Positions 18,639 to 28,469 of a DNA stretch of 64,000 bases are shown here, piece after piece. The notes below the pieces were generated by a model, which worked only from the letters and a program-made list of their open reading frames with translations, was not told where the DNA came from and ran no database searches. This DNA comes from an uncultured Pseudomonadales bacterium (GTDB lineage: Bacteria; Patescibacteriota; Microgenomatia; UBA1400; CAYXSR01): assembly GCA_964467735.1 (NCBI GenBank), contig CAYXSR010000001.1, forward strand, positions 23,244 through 87,243. Direction: 5' to 3'. Every line of letters begins with the position of its first letter. Position 1 is the stretch's first letter. Position numbers and translations under genes: made by a program.

Positions 18639-20150
18639 CTACTTTGCCACTTCATTTATTCTAAGCTCTCTAATAACATTTACTTTTATTTGTCCTGGAT
18701 AAGTAAGTTCTTTCTCTAATTTTTCTTTTAAATCGTGGGCTAACTTAATTGTTTCTGTATCATTTACTTTTTCAGGATTAACAATCACTCTAACTTCACG
18801 TCCTGCTTGAATTGCAAAAGCATTTTGAACACCCTTAAATGTTTTAGCTGCATCTTCTATTTTCTTCAAGCGAGTTACATATTCTTCATAATCTTCATAT
18901 CGGGCACCAGGTCGACTACCAGAGATAGCATCAGCAATATAAACTAATATTGATTCTTTTGAGGAAAACGGTCTATCTTGATGATGTTCTGCTACACAAG
19001 CAATAACATCTTCTGGAATATTATACTTTCGCAAAAATTCAATTGCTACTTGAACATGAGTTCCTTCCTCCTCAGTTATAACCTTACCAATATCGTGAAG
19101 TAAACAACCTAATCTTACAATATTAACATTAGCTCCAACCTCATAGGCCAATTTTGTACCAATTTTTGTTTCTTCTAAAGTATGAGCAATCATATTTTGA
19201 CCATATGAGAAACGATATTTGAAACGACCTAACATTGCAATGATCTCTCTTGGTAAATTATAAACTTTAACTCTATGACATAAATCCTCTCCAGATTTAT
19301 ACATAATTTTTTCGATATCTTGTTTTGCTTTCTTGACAACTTCTTCTACTCTTGATGGTTGAATCCTTCCATCAATAATAAGTGTCTCTAGAGCTACTCT
19401 TGCTACCTCTCTTCTTACTGAATCAAAACTAGAAAGTCTAATTACTCCCTCTTCGTCTAAATCAACATCAACTCCAGTAACTTTTTCAAAAGTGCGAATA
19501 TTCCGACCTTCTTTACCAATTATTCTTCCTTTCATCTCTTCATCAGGAAGTTTAACCGTAGAAACAGTGTATTCTGGAACATAATCTGTAGCCCCATGCT
19601 TCATAGCATCAACTAGAATTTCTTTTGCCTTTACATCTGCTTCTTCTTTGGCTTTTTCTTCTGATTCTCTAATCTTCCGAGCAATTTCCGCTTGTAATTT
19701 ATTTTCCGTTGCTTCCAAAATTAATTTTTTCGCTTCTTCTCTTGTTAAATTAGCAGCTTTTTCTAATCTCTCTATTTGTTTTCGTTTTATTTTATCTAAC
19801 TCGCTTAATCTTCTTCTTAATTCACTTTCTCTTTTTTTCAATAAATTTTCTCTCTCTTCGATTGCCCCTGTTCTTCTGTCTATTTCAGCTTCTTTCTTAT
19901 CAAGTGTTTCTTTTAATTCAATTACTTCCTTCTGAATTTCTTTAGCTTTTATATCCGCTTCTCTTTTTATCTCAAAAGCTTTATCTTTCGCTTCTAAAAT
20001 AATTTCTCTAGCTTTAGTTTGAGTTAATTCTAATGATTTCTGAGAAATAACTGCTTTTTTTGGAAAAAAAGCTGAGGTTTTTTTCTTTATCTCTTTAGTT
20101 TCTTTTTTGCCATCACGAACCAGAAACGATAATCGATTTAAAAAAGACAT
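18639..20150 (-). CDS. rny: Ribonuclease Y
   Basis: Coiled coil, KH domain KGRIIGKEGRN, HD domain LLHDIGK, ADAISGSRPGAR. Confidence 0.95.
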   Translation of the reverse strand: MSFLNRLSFLVRDGKKETKEIKKKTSAFFPKKAVISQKSLELTQTKAREIILEAKDKAFEIKREADIKAKEIQKEVIELKETLDKKEAEIDRRTGAIEERENLLKKRESELRRRLSELDKIKRKQIERLEKAANLTREEAKKLILEATENKLQAEIARKIRESEEKAKEEADVKAKEILVDAMKHGATDYVPEYTVSTVKLPDEEMKGRIIGKEGRNIRTFEKVTGVDVDLDEEGVIRLSSFDSVRREVARVALETLIIDGRIQPSRVEEVVKKAKQDIEKIMYKSGEDLCHRVKVYNLPREIIAMLGRFKYRFSYGQNMIAHTLEETKIGTKLAYEVGANVNIVRLGCLLHDIGKVITEEEGTHVQVAIEFLRKYNIPEDVIACVAEHHQDRPFSSKESILVYIADAISGSRPGARYEDYEEYVTRLKKIEDAAKTFKGVQNAFAIQAGREVRVIVNPEKVNDTETIKLAHDLKEKLEKELTYPGQIKVNVIRELRINEVAK

Positions 20151-20161
20151 AATTTTTCATC

Positions 20162-20312
20162 TTGCAGTTTACTACAACCACAAAAAGCCTCCACTTTTAC
20201 TAAAATATAGAAGGTGATAAACAACAATTAGCTGCCTAAAGAAGCACTTTCAAGTAAAAATAATTTGCTTGATTTGACAACCCATAATGGAAAATTATTG
20301 TCGAATATCACC
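20162..20312 (-). ncRNA. Candidate structured leader RNA/ncRNA between recX and rny
   Basis: GGUGAUA/UAUCACC plus CGACAAU/AUUGUUG closing stem, internal hairpins, and a downstream terminator-like hairpin followed by CUUUUU. Confidence 0.5.
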
Positions 20313-20323
20313 ATATTTATATT

Positions 20324-20797
20324 TTATCTTTTTTTAGTAAATTCGTCAATGAGGTTCCTAATAATCTTAAAATCAAAACCTCTATAGGCAAGAAAATTAA
20401 AAATCTTTTTTTTAAACTTTAATTTAGGCAAGTCTCTCCAATATATAATTTTCTTTTTTAATATCAATCTAGCTGATTCTTCCAGTTGTCTCTTGTCAAT
20501 TTCAGATAATTTCTGTTCAATAAGTTCTTTATCAATCCCTTTCTGTAGTAATTCTTGTCGAAGGACTCTTTTACCTTTCGGTTTTAAAATTAATCTTTGT
20601 TCAAACCACCAGTCAACAAACTTATTATCATTAATAAAATCAAGTTCTATAAATTTATGAATTATTTTTTTTATTTTAGACTCTAAACAATCTTTTTTCT
20701 TTAAATATTCAAAGAGTTCTTTTTTGGAACGAGGACGACGAGAAAGAAGTCTTAAAGCGTAATTATAAAATCTTTCTTCACCCTTTCTGTCTGACAT
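20324..20797 (-). CDS. recX: RecX
   Basis: ALRLLSRRPRSKKEL, ELLQKGI, FLAYRGF; directly downstream of recA. Confidence 0.9.
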   Translation of the reverse strand: MSDRKGEERFYNYALRLLSRRPRSKKELFEYLKKKDCLESKIKKIIHKFIELDFINDNKFVDWWFEQRLILKPKGKRVLRQELLQKGIDKELIEQKLSEIDKRQLEESARLILKKKIIYWRDLPKLKFKKKIFNFLAYRGFDFKIIRNLIDEFTKKR

Positions 20798-21834
20798 TAA
20801 TCTTGTTTTTCACCGACTTCTTTAGGAATTTGTTGACCTGACTTTACTCTTTTCCAGATTTGTTCTTCTATTTCTTTAGCTAATTTTTCTTTTTCCTCTA
20901 AAATTGTTTTTACTGCTTCTCTACCTTGACCCAGAACTTCACCTTTATATTTGAAAAAAGAACCTGATTTTTCAATTACTTTCATCTCTACACCAACATC
21001 AAGTAAACCACCAGATTTAGAAATTCCACCAACATTCATAATATCGAACTCTGCTACTCTAAAAGGGGGAGCAACTTTATTCTTTACTATTTTTACTCGA
21101 TGACGACTACCAATCACTTTGTCACTCTCGGTGATATTTCCAATTTTTCTTGCGTCTAAACGAACTGAGGAATAAAATTTCAAAGCTTGACCGCCAGCAG
21201 TAGTCTCTGGATTACCAAATAAAACACCAATTTTCATTCTAATTTGATTAGTAAAGATCATCGTCGTTTTTGATTTACTGATTGCTCCAGCTAATTTTCT
21301 CATTGCTTGACTCATTAAACGAGCTTGAACTCCTATCATAGCATCACCCATCTCACCCTCAATTTCTGCTTTCGGTACCAAAGCTGCTACCGAATCAACG
21401 ACAATCACATCGACAGCATTGGAACGAATTAATGTTTCAGTTATTTCTAATGCCTGTTCACCTGTATCCGGCTGAGAAATAAGTAATTCATCAAGGTTGA
21501 CACCAATTGACTCTGCCCTTGTTGGATCTAAAGCGTGTTCAGCATCAATAAAAGCAGCTGTCCCACCTTTTTTTTGTGCTTCAGCGATTACGTGTAAACA
21601 AATTGTTGTTTTTCCTGACGCTTCAGGACCATAAACTTCCGTAATTCTTCCCCGCGGTAAACCACCAACTCCCAAAGCTAAATCTAAAGGGACTGCACCA
21701 GTAGGAATAACTTCAACCTTAAGACTTTGTGAAGAATCACCTAACTTCATTATTGAACCCTTACCATACTGCTTCTCTATCTGTTCCATTGCCATCTTAA
21801 TCGCTTCTAATTTTGGGTCACTCGACTTATTCAT
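20797..21834 (-). CDS. recA: RecA
   Basis: [33 protein letters not shown]. Confidence 0.98.
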   Translation of the reverse strand: MNKSSDPKLEAIKMAMEQIEKQYGKGSIMKLGDSSQSLKVEVIPTGAVPLDLALGVGGLPRGRITEVYGPEASGKTTICLHVIAEAQKKGGTAAFIDAEHALDPTRAESIGVNLDELLISQPDTGEQALEITETLIRSNAVDVIVVDSVAALVPKAEIEGEMGDAMIGVQARLMSQAMRKLAGAISKSKTTMIFTNQIRMKIGVLFGNPETTAGGQALKFYSSVRLDARKIGNITESDKVIGSRHRVKIVKNKVAPPFRVAEFDIMNVGGISKSGGLLDVGVEMKVIEKSGSFFKYKGEVLGQGREAVKTILEEKEKLAKEIEEQIWKRVKSGQQIPKEVGEKQD

Positions 21835-21915
21835 CTGTCCTCCTTTTTATTTTTAAACTGCTTAAACTTTCCTTAAATTGTTACATACTCTATGTTAAAA
21901 TACAAGCGAACTATT

Positions 21916-21988
21916 CGGGGTGTAGCGCAGTTGGTAGCGCGCACGCATGGGGTGCGTGAGGTCGCCGGTTCAAATCCGGCCACCCCGA
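21916..21988 (+). tRNA. tRNA-Pro(GGG)
   Basis: CGGGGTG...CACGC-AT[GGG]GT-GCGTG...GCCGG-TTCAAAT-CCGGC-CACCCCG-A; CCA not encoded; TGTTAAAAT promoter at 21893-21901. Confidence 0.95.
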
Positions 21989-22056
21989 CAATCGCAAAAT
22001 CGTCATATTCGTCTTCTAAATATGGTTTAATTGTTCTATTTTAATAAATATTTGGT

Positions 22057-22096
22057 TTGACAGAGGAAATCAAAAGTGATATATTATGATATATTA
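22057..22096 (+). promoter_or_regulatory. Promoter with a 10-bp tandem repeat over the -10 box
   Basis: TTGACA-17-TATATT; TGATATATTA twice at 22077-22096. Confidence 0.6.
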
Positions 22097-22133
22097 ATAA
22101 GCATTATCTTCTTTGAAAAGGAAGAAATAAACA

Positions 22134-22469
22134 ATGACAAACTTTCAAGAATGGGCAACTATATTGTCACCTGAAGAAACCTCCCTTTTAACAGCTCAAC
22201 TAGGGGTAGAGGCTCTAACCGCCGAAGCTATTGCCGCCGCCATAGGTGCGCAGATAGGAATTGATTTATCTATTGTATTGTTCTCAGGTCCTAATCGTGA
22301 AGGACGAACTAGCTTTAATATTTTGGATACCACTCATGTAATAATTGGATCCCTTGAGTTGGGTACACCCGGTCCATTTGGCCAATCAGTTTTTGTTAGC
22401 GATTTTCCTGGCTTAAGTCCTCTATTAGCTCCAGCCGCTGCTCAATTTTTTAATCTTGATACTAAATAA
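22134..22469 (+). CDS. Hypothetical acidic Ala/Gly-rich protein
   Basis: 111-aa ORF with its own promoter and an AAAGGAAG SD; no recognisable family. Confidence 0.6.
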   Translation: MTNFQEWATILSPEETSLLTAQLGVEALTAEAIAAAIGAQIGIDLSIVLFSGPNREGRTSFNILDTTHVIIGSLELGTPGPFGQSVFVSDFPGLSPLLAPAAAQFFNLDTK

Positions 22470-22494
22470 TCCTGTAGGTAATCATTTTTTATTC

Positions 22495-22523
22495 TTGCAA
22501 GTTGGCAATTGCCTCACTAGAAT
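22495..22523 (+). promoter_or_regulatory. tspO promoter with a palindrome in the spacer
   Basis: TTGCAA-17-TAGAAT; GGCAATTGCC at 22504-22513. Confidence 0.55.
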
Positions 22524-22561
22524 AAACTAAGAAGTTTAATAAATTATTTTCTAACTAAGAA

Positions 22562-23029
22562 ATGGAAATATTATCAATTCTTATTACTTTGATTGCACTA
22601 TCGGCAACGTTCATAAGCAGCCTTATTGCTCAAAATAGTAATACTACCTGGTATAAAAATACTCAATTACCTTTTTGGACCCCTCCAGCCGAGACAATAA
22701 ATCAAATTTGGTTTTTCATTATTGTTTGCACATTTGTTTCAGCAATCATTGTTTGGAATAAATCACACCATGATAAAAAACTATGGCAAGTGATGACTGG
22801 ATTTATCATCAGTGCTGTTTTGAATATTTTTTGGGGCTATCTTTTTACTAATCAACAATTAATGGAAATTGCTTTAATAGAAGCAGGTATGTTAAATATA
22901 ACAATAATTTCTTTAATTTTTTTAATCTGGTCGATTTCGAAATTAGCCGCTATTCTTCTTCTACCGTATGCTGGTTGGGCAGTATTTATTGCTTATTCTG
23001 CTTATAACCTTTGGCTTATAAATCAATAA
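22562..23029 (+). CDS. tspO: TspO/MBR tryptophan-rich sensory protein
   Basis: WYKNTQLPFWTPP, LNIFWGYLF, LLLPYAGW. Confidence 0.85.
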   Translation: MEILSILITLIALSATFISSLIAQNSNTTWYKNTQLPFWTPPAETINQIWFFIIVCTFVSAIIVWNKSHHDKKLWQVMTGFIISAVLNIFWGYLFTNQQLMEIALIEAGMLNITIISLIFLIWSISKLAAILLLPYAGWAVFIAYSAYNLWLINQ

Positions 23030-23040
23030 TGAAGATAGTT

Positions 23041-23499
23041 TTAACGTTTTGGAGATTGTTTCTTTCTTCTTGCCTTACCGCCAGTGCCTACTTTTCTTCT
23101 CTCTTTCATCCGAGAATCTCGAGTAAGAAAACCTTTTTTCTTTAAAATAGGTTTGTATTTTTCTTCGTCTAATTTCACTAAAACCCTAGAAATACCATGA
23201 ACTACTGCCTCGAGTTGTCCTTTCTTTCCAGAACCTTCAACTTTGGCAGTAATTAAATATTTATCAACAATATTACATGTTCTTAAAGGACTAAGATAAA
23301 ACTTTTTTAACACTTCTCCAGGAAAATATTCTTCTATTGGTTTATTATTAATTAAAATTTTTCCTTTTTTCTTAGGAAAAAGTCTTACTCTAGCAATTGC
23401 TTTTTTTCTCCGTCCCACTGCCCAAACATATGAATTACTAGCTTTATTTTTTGTCTTTGTTGATGTTTTAGACGGTTTTGATAGTTTTTTAGTTTTCAT
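23041..23499 (-). CDS. rpsI: 30S ribosomal protein S9
   Basis: GRRKKAIARV, LTRDSRMKERRK. Confidence 0.97.
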   Translation of the reverse strand: MKTKKLSKPSKTSTKTKNKASNSYVWAVGRRKKAIARVRLFPKKKGKILINNKPIEEYFPGEVLKKFYLSPLRTCNIVDKYLITAKVEGSGKKGQLEAVVHGISRVLVKLDEEKYKPILKKKGFLTRDSRMKERRKVGTGGKARRKKQSPKR

Positions 23500-23915
23500 T
23501 TTGCTCTAAATTTATCTTTATAATCGTGCTCTTCTCCGGGAAAAACTTTTAATCTTGCCATTCTTTCGTCTTGTAATTTATTTTTTGGTAACATACCTCT
23601 AACGGCCATCGAAATTACTTTCCTTGAATCTTTTTTCATTTGTTGATCAAAACTGACTTCTTTAAAACCTCCCGGATAGTTAGAATGGCTATAATAAATC
23701 TTGTTTTTTCTTTTCTTTCCAGTAACTTGAATTTTATCGCTATTGATTACTACTACGTAATCACCGCAATCCAAATGAGGAATAAAATAAGATTTATTTT
23801 TCCCTATCAGTAGTTGGGCTATTTCTGTTGCTACTCTACCCAATACTTTTCCTTTAACATCAATTAAATGCCATGCTCGTTGAATATCTTTGGTTGTTGT
23901 GTTGTAAGTCTTCAT
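23496..23915 (-). CDS. rplM: 50S ribosomal protein L13
   Basis: WHLIDVKGKVLGR, VRGMLPKN. Confidence 0.97.
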   Translation of the reverse strand: MKTYNTTTKDIQRAWHLIDVKGKVLGRVATEIAQLLIGKNKSYFIPHLDCGDYVVVINSDKIQVTGKKRKNKIYYSHSNYPGGFKEVSFDQQMKKDSRKVISMAVRGMLPKNKLQDERMARLKVFPGEEHDYKDKFRAK

Positions 23916-23928
23916 TTTGTATTCTTCT

Positions 23929-24336
23929 TCATTTCTTTACTTTTTTAGTAACTTTATCCCCCTCTGGAGTCTCTGTCTTTTTGGACTCTGCCCATTTAAG
24001 CCTAACCATCATCGCATCATCACCTTTTCTTTTTCCTAACCGAATCATTTTTACAGAACCACCAGATCTTTTTTTAAAACGTGGAGCAATCTCTTCAAAT
24101 AATTTATTTGCTACCTTTTTGTGAGGTAAAAAAGATAGTAATTGTCTTTTAGTATGAAGATTGCCTTCTTTTGCCTTAGAAATTAATCTATCCACTAATC
24201 CTTTAATTGTTTTTCCTTTAGCAATTGTTGTCTCTATTTTTTCATGAATAATCAACGATTCTATTAAACCTCTAAATAAGGCTTTTCTCTGGTTAGTATT
24301 ACGACCGAATTTTCTAAATTTTTTACTGTGACTCAT
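23929..24336 (-). CDS. rplQ: 50S ribosomal protein L17
   Basis: QRKALFR, IETTIAK, RKGDDAMM. Confidence 0.96.
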   Translation of the reverse strand: MSHSKKFRKFGRNTNQRKALFRGLIESLIIHEKIETTIAKGKTIKGLVDRLISKAKEGNLHTKRQLLSFLPHKKVANKLFEEIAPRFKKRSGGSVKMIRLGKRKGDDAMMVRLKWAESKKTETPEGDKVTKKVKK

Positions 24337-25252
24337 CGCTAAAATTTACCCCTTTTGATTTTAATCTTTTTCTTATAATATCAATAGATTTCTTACCTAA
24401 GTTTTTAACACTAGCTACTTTTAAAGATTCTTCTTTAGTTAAGTCTCCTACAGTCTTATAGCCTCCTTTTCTTAAAGCATTGACTATTCTTGTTGGTAAA
24501 TTTATTTCTTCTAATGTAAGTGATAAAATTTCATGATTTTCTGGTTTCTCGTCTGATTCTTCTTTCACTTCTTTTTCAAAAACAGGGTTATAAACCTGTT
24601 TAAAGAAACTTACTAAAACTTTAGCCGCTCTATCCAATGCTACTCTTGGTTTTAAAGAACCATTGGTCCAGATTTCTAAAATTAATTTATCAAAATCTGT
24701 TCTTCTACCAACACGAGTAGAATCAATTTTGGTGTTTATTTTAACTATTGGTGAAAACGCCGCATCTACAGGTATAACGCCTAAAACTGTTGACTTTCTT
24801 TCTTCTGCTGGAGAATAACCAACTCCTGTACCAACTATAAATTCAACATCTAGTTTTGCTTTCTTGTCAGTTAAATTGGTTAAAACTAAATCTTTATTAA
24901 TAATTTTTACATTTGCAGGAGTTTTTATATCTCTAGCAGTTACTTTTTTTGATCCTCTAACTGATAAATTCAATTTAACCTCTTCTTCTTTGTCATAAGC
25001 AATATCTATTTGTTTCACATTTAAAATAAACTCTACTATGTCTTCTTTCATTCCCTCCATTGTGGAGAATGGGTGAGTGACACCTTCTATTTTTAATTGT
25101 TTTATAGCTGCTCCCTGAAGATTAGTTAAAAGAGTTCTTCTTAAGGCATTTCCAACAGTAGTACCAAAACCCTGTTGTAATGGTTCAAAAACAAATTTGC
25201 CATAGTCCTTTTCTTCTTTAATAGCTTTTATTTTGAAAAATGGTTTATTCAT
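24323..25252 (-). CDS. rpoA: RNA polymerase subunit alpha
   Basis: EPLQQGFGTTVGNALRR, DAAFSPI, NLGKKS. Confidence 0.97.
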   Translation of the reverse strand: MNKPFFKIKAIKEEKDYGKFVFEPLQQGFGTTVGNALRRTLLTNLQGAAIKQLKIEGVTHPFSTMEGMKEDIVEFILNVKQIDIAYDKEEEVKLNLSVRGSKKVTARDIKTPANVKIINKDLVLTNLTDKKAKLDVEFIVGTGVGYSPAEERKSTVLGVIPVDAAFSPIVKINTKIDSTRVGRRTDFDKLILEIWTNGSLKPRVALDRAAKVLVSFFKQVYNPVFEKEVKEESDEKPENHEILSLTLEEINLPTRIVNALRKGGYKTVGDLTKEESLKVASVKNLGKKSIDIIRKRLKSKGVNFSDESQ

Positions 25253-25276
25253 AATTTCTCCTTTTTTCTTTAAAAA

Positions 25277-25897
25277 TTAACGAGAATAAAACTCGATTAT
25301 TAATGTTTCATTAATATCCTCAACTACATCATCCCTTGTTGGTAATCTATCAACCTTTAAAACTACCGCTTTTCTTTTTAACCAAGCAGGTAAATTGACT
25401 TCTGATTTTGAATTTTTTAAAACGCTATCTAACTTTAAACCTTTTTCATTTAAAGTAATTACATCATCCTTTCTTGTTTGATAAGAAGGAATTGTTACCT
25501 TTTTATTATTAATTAAACAAAAACCATGAGTTATTAACTGACGAGCAGCTGCCCGCGAACTAGCTAAACCTCCACGAAAAACTACATTATCTAATCGTCT
25601 CTCCAAAAGTTGTAAAAATTTTTCTCCTGTATTCCCAGTTACACTAAGAGCTTTCTCAAAGTAATTTTTAAATTGCCTTTCTTGAACTCCATATAGTCTT
25701 TTAACTTTTTGTTTTTCTCTTAACTGAGTCCCATATTCAGATAAATTTCTTGATCGCTTATAACCATGTTGTCCTGGTGGAACTGCTCCTTTTCTAGCTA
25801 TAGGACATTTTGGAGAATAACATCTTGAGCCCTTCAAGAAAAGCTTCATTCCTTCCCTTCTGCATAAACGACATTTTGCATCTATATATCTTGCCAT
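25277..25897 (-). CDS. rpsD: 30S ribosomal protein S4 (Zn-binding type)
   Basis: CRLCRREG, PGQHG, LERRLDN. Confidence 0.97.
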   Translation of the reverse strand: MARYIDAKCRLCRREGMKLFLKGSRCYSPKCPIARKGAVPPGQHGYKRSRNLSEYGTQLREKQKVKRLYGVQERQFKNYFEKALSVTGNTGEKFLQLLERRLDNVVFRGGLASSRAAARQLITHGFCLINNKKVTIPSYQTRKDDVITLNEKGLKLDSVLKNSKSEVNLPAWLKRKAVVLKVDRLPTRDDVVEDINETLIIEFYSR

Positions 25898-25898
25898 T

Positions 25899-26309
25899 TT
25901 ATCCTCTCTTACGTTTCTTTGGCCGACAACCGTTATGAGGGATTGGTGTCACGTCAGCAATCATTAATATTTTAATACCGCTTGTTCTTAAAACTCTTAA
26001 AGCCGCATCTCTTCCTGGACCTGGACCTTTTATAAATACCTTAGCGCTTGTCATACCTAAATTTTTAGCTTTTTTTATTGCTGATTCAATTGCTGATGTA
26101 GCAGCAAAAGGAGTAGACTTCCTTGAGCCCTTAAAACCAACAGTACCGGTTGTTGCCCAACAAACTACCTCCCCTTTGTCATTAGTAATTGTCGCTAGAG
26201 TATTATTAAAAGTCGCTGTAATATAAACTTTTCCCTGATTTATTTTAATGGGTTCTTTTTTAACTTTTTTAACAACTACCTCTTTTTTAATATTTTTTTT
26301 ATCGGTCAT
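25899..26309 (-). CDS. rpsK: 30S ribosomal protein S11
   Basis: GFKGSRKSTPFAA, DVTPIPHNGCRP. Confidence 0.97.
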   Translation of the reverse strand: MTDKKNIKKEVVVKKVKKEPIKINQGKVYITATFNNTLATITNDKGEVVCWATTGTVGFKGSRKSTPFAATSAIESAIKKAKNLGMTSAKVFIKGPGPGRDAALRVLRTSGIKILMIADVTPIPHNGCRPKKRKRG

Positions 26310-26317
26310 CTTTCCCC

Positions 26318-26725
26318 TTATTTAGTTTCTTTTTTATTACCTTCTAACTTTTGTAACATGTCTTTTTTCATCGCTCCAATTGTTACTCTTTTTCCTCTTT
26401 TCGTACGAGCATTAGAACGAGTCCTTTGTCCTCTTACTGGTAGTCTCGCTGCATGTCGATGTCCACGATAACTACCAATCTGTTTTATTCTTTTAATATT
26501 TTCTGAAACTATTTTCCTTAAAGCGCCTTCTGTGGGATATTTTTCTATTGCTTTTTGAATATTAGAAATTTCTTCTTCAGATAGATCTTTTGCTCTTTTA
26601 TCAGGATCTACCTTTGATTTTTCTAAAACTAGACTGGCCTTACTGGGACCAATACCATAAATATATCTTAAAGCAAATTTAATTTTCTTTTTTTCTGGAA
26701 TTTCTACCCCTACAATTCTAACCAT
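26318..26725 (-). CDS. rpsM: 30S ribosomal protein S13
   Basis: IYGIG, LPVRGQRTRSNARTKRG. Confidence 0.97.
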   Translation of the reverse strand: MVRIVGVEIPEKKKIKFALRYIYGIGPSKASLVLEKSKVDPDKRAKDLSEEEISNIQKAIEKYPTEGALRKIVSENIKRIKQIGSYRGHRHAARLPVRGQRTRSNARTKRGKRVTIGAMKKDMLQKLEGNKKETK

Positions 26726-26727
26726 TT

Positions 26728-26841
26728 TTATCCTTGTCTTTGTTTATGCCTTTTATTGTCACAAACAACATGAACACGCCCTCTGCGCTTCACTATCTTA
26801 CATTTCTTGCATCGTTTTTTCACTGAAGCCTGTACTTTCAT
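26728..26841 (-). CDS. rpmJ: 50S ribosomal protein L36 (37 aa, below the ORF-track cutoff)
   Basis: Manual translation [37 protein letters not shown]. Confidence 0.95.
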   Translation of the reverse strand: MKVQASVKKRCKKCKIVKRRGRVHVVCDNKRHKQRQG

Positions 26842-26846
26842 ATTAT

Positions 26847-27068
26847 TTATTTTTCCCTATATATTATTCGTCCTTTTGTTTCGTCATAAGGACTCATCTC
26901 TACTTTAACTTTATCACCTGGTAAAACTCTAATATGATTGAGTCTCATTTTCCCCGCTAAATGACACAGTATCACCCTTTCTTCACCTTCAAGTTTTACC
27001 CTAAACATTATATTTGGCAAAGCCTCAATTATTTCTCCTTGAACAACAGTAGTTTCAGTCTTCTCCAT
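26847..27068 (-). CDS. infA: Translation initiation factor IF-1
   Basis: [24 protein letters not shown]. Confidence 0.97.
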   Translation of the reverse strand: MEKTETTVVQGEIIEALPNIMFRVKLEGEERVILCHLAGKMRLNHIRVLPGDKVKVEMSPYDETKGRIIYREK

Positions 27069-27101
27069 AAATAGACAATTTCTCCTTTTTGAACAATACT
27101 T

Positions 27102-27130
27102 ATTTTAACAAAAAAATAGCCTGTTTACAA
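27102..27130 (-). promoter_or_regulatory. Internal promoter for the infA-alpha operon
   Basis: TTGTAA-17-TAAAAT with extended TG. Confidence 0.65.
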
Positions 27131-27132
27131 GG

Positions 27133-27900
27133 CTAAAAAGGTAGTTTTGTTAAAACTACCGGTCTATTTTTGCTTATAACAATTGTTTCTTCAAAAACTG
27201 CCGATATTTTACCATCTTTAGTCTTAATTGTCCATCCATCTTTTGGGTTCATAATTAACTCTGGTTCTCCTTGAGTATAAATAACCTCAATTGCTAACGT
27301 CATTCCCTTTTTAAAAATAGGTGTTTCATCTATTGGCTTATTTAAGATGCAAGGAATTGTTGGTTCTTCATGTAAATTCCTTCCAATACCATGCCCAGTT
27401 AAATTACGAGCGCAATTATAACCATTTTTCTCAATTACTTCTTGTATCTTTTGGGAAATATTACCAACTCTATTACCATCTTTTGCTTCTTTTTCTGCTA
27501 ATTTTAAAGCTTTTTTACCTGTTTCTAAAAATTTTTCAATTCCTTTATCTTTTTTGTTTGAAATAAAAATTGTCCCACTCATGTCAGTATGAAAACCCTT
27601 ATAAAACAAACCAATATCAATATTTAAGACATCCTTGTTTTTTAAAAAATAGTCTTTTGGAACACCGTGAACAACTTCATCATTAATATTAAGACAAGTT
27701 GCCCAGTGATAATTTGGTACCTTCATAAATCCAGGCTCACCACCACTTTCTTTGATTAATCGAACTGCTTTAGATTCTAGCTCTAAAAGATTAATGCCTT
27801 CTTTAGCAAAATTAAATAATTCAACTAAGATAGCTGATAATTTCTTTCCTCCTTCTTTCATAATCTGGAGTTGCCTGGGACTTTTAATTAAATTGTTCAT
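27133..27900 (-). CDS. map: Methionine aminopeptidase type I
   Basis: EVVHGVP, NIDIG...HTD, GHGIG..LHEEP, AIE. Confidence 0.94.
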   Translation of the reverse strand: MNNLIKSPRQLQIMKEGGKKLSAILVELFNFAKEGINLLELESKAVRLIKESGGEPGFMKVPNYHWATCLNINDEVVHGVPKDYFLKNKDVLNIDIGLFYKGFHTDMSGTIFISNKKDKGIEKFLETGKKALKLAEKEAKDGNRVGNISQKIQEVIEKNGYNCARNLTGHGIGRNLHEEPTIPCILNKPIDETPIFKKGMTLAIEVIYTQGEPELIMNPKDGWTIKTKDGKISAVFEETIVISKNRPVVLTKLPF

Positions 27901-28469
27901 TTGGGATTCTTTAAGAAGCCTTCTAATTCTCCATGAAGTTTTTTAACAGAACTGTTATTTTGAATCAAATAATCAGCAATTGCAATCGGTCCGCCTTTGT
28001 GTAAATTGACTAATTCTGCTATATCTCTTTCTATAGCTTTTTTAGGATTCAAGCTCCTAATTTTTCTTTTAAATAACCTTTTGTATCTTACCTCTGGACG
28101 AGCGTAAATGCATAAAAGAATAAGTTTGGGAAATTTTTTCTTAAGAAAAAGGTATTCCTCCCAAGAATAAAGACCATCTAGAGCAATTTTTTTATTTTCC
28201 TTCAAGGTGTTTTTAATTCTTGGTTCGATTTTTACAGCATAAGCTTCCATTCCGTATCTCTTTCTCAAATCTTCTCTGTATTTTCTTTCGTTATCTTCGG
28301 TTAATGGTAAACCTAATTCTTTTAAACCAATGTCTGTTTGATCGCCAAAGCGTAAAACAGCAAAACCTTTTTTCTTAAGAAATTCACAAGCAGAACTTTT
28401 ACCAGCTCCTGCCATTCCCACAATAGCAATAATTTGGGAAATTTTATTTTTTTTATTTCTCTGATTCAT
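27897..28469 (-). CDS. P-loop kinase, UPF0200/dephospho-CoA-kinase-like
   Basis: IAIVGMAGAGKS, ALDGLYS..E, RDIAEL, IAIADYLIQN. Confidence 0.7.
   Translation of the reverse strand: MNQRNKKNKISQIIAIVGMAGAGKSSACEFLKKKGFAVLRFGDQTDIGLKELGLPLTEDNERKYREDLRKRYGMEAYAVKIEPRIKNTLKENKKIALDGLYSWEEYLFLKKKFPKLILLCIYARPEVRYKRLFKRKIRSLNPKKAIERDIAELVNLHKGGPIAIADYLIQNNSSVKKLHGELEGFLKNPK

Noticed and set aside
21916-23040. Possible mobile element at tRNA-Pro
   Set aside because: Only two small genes, with no att repeat or recombinase seen.
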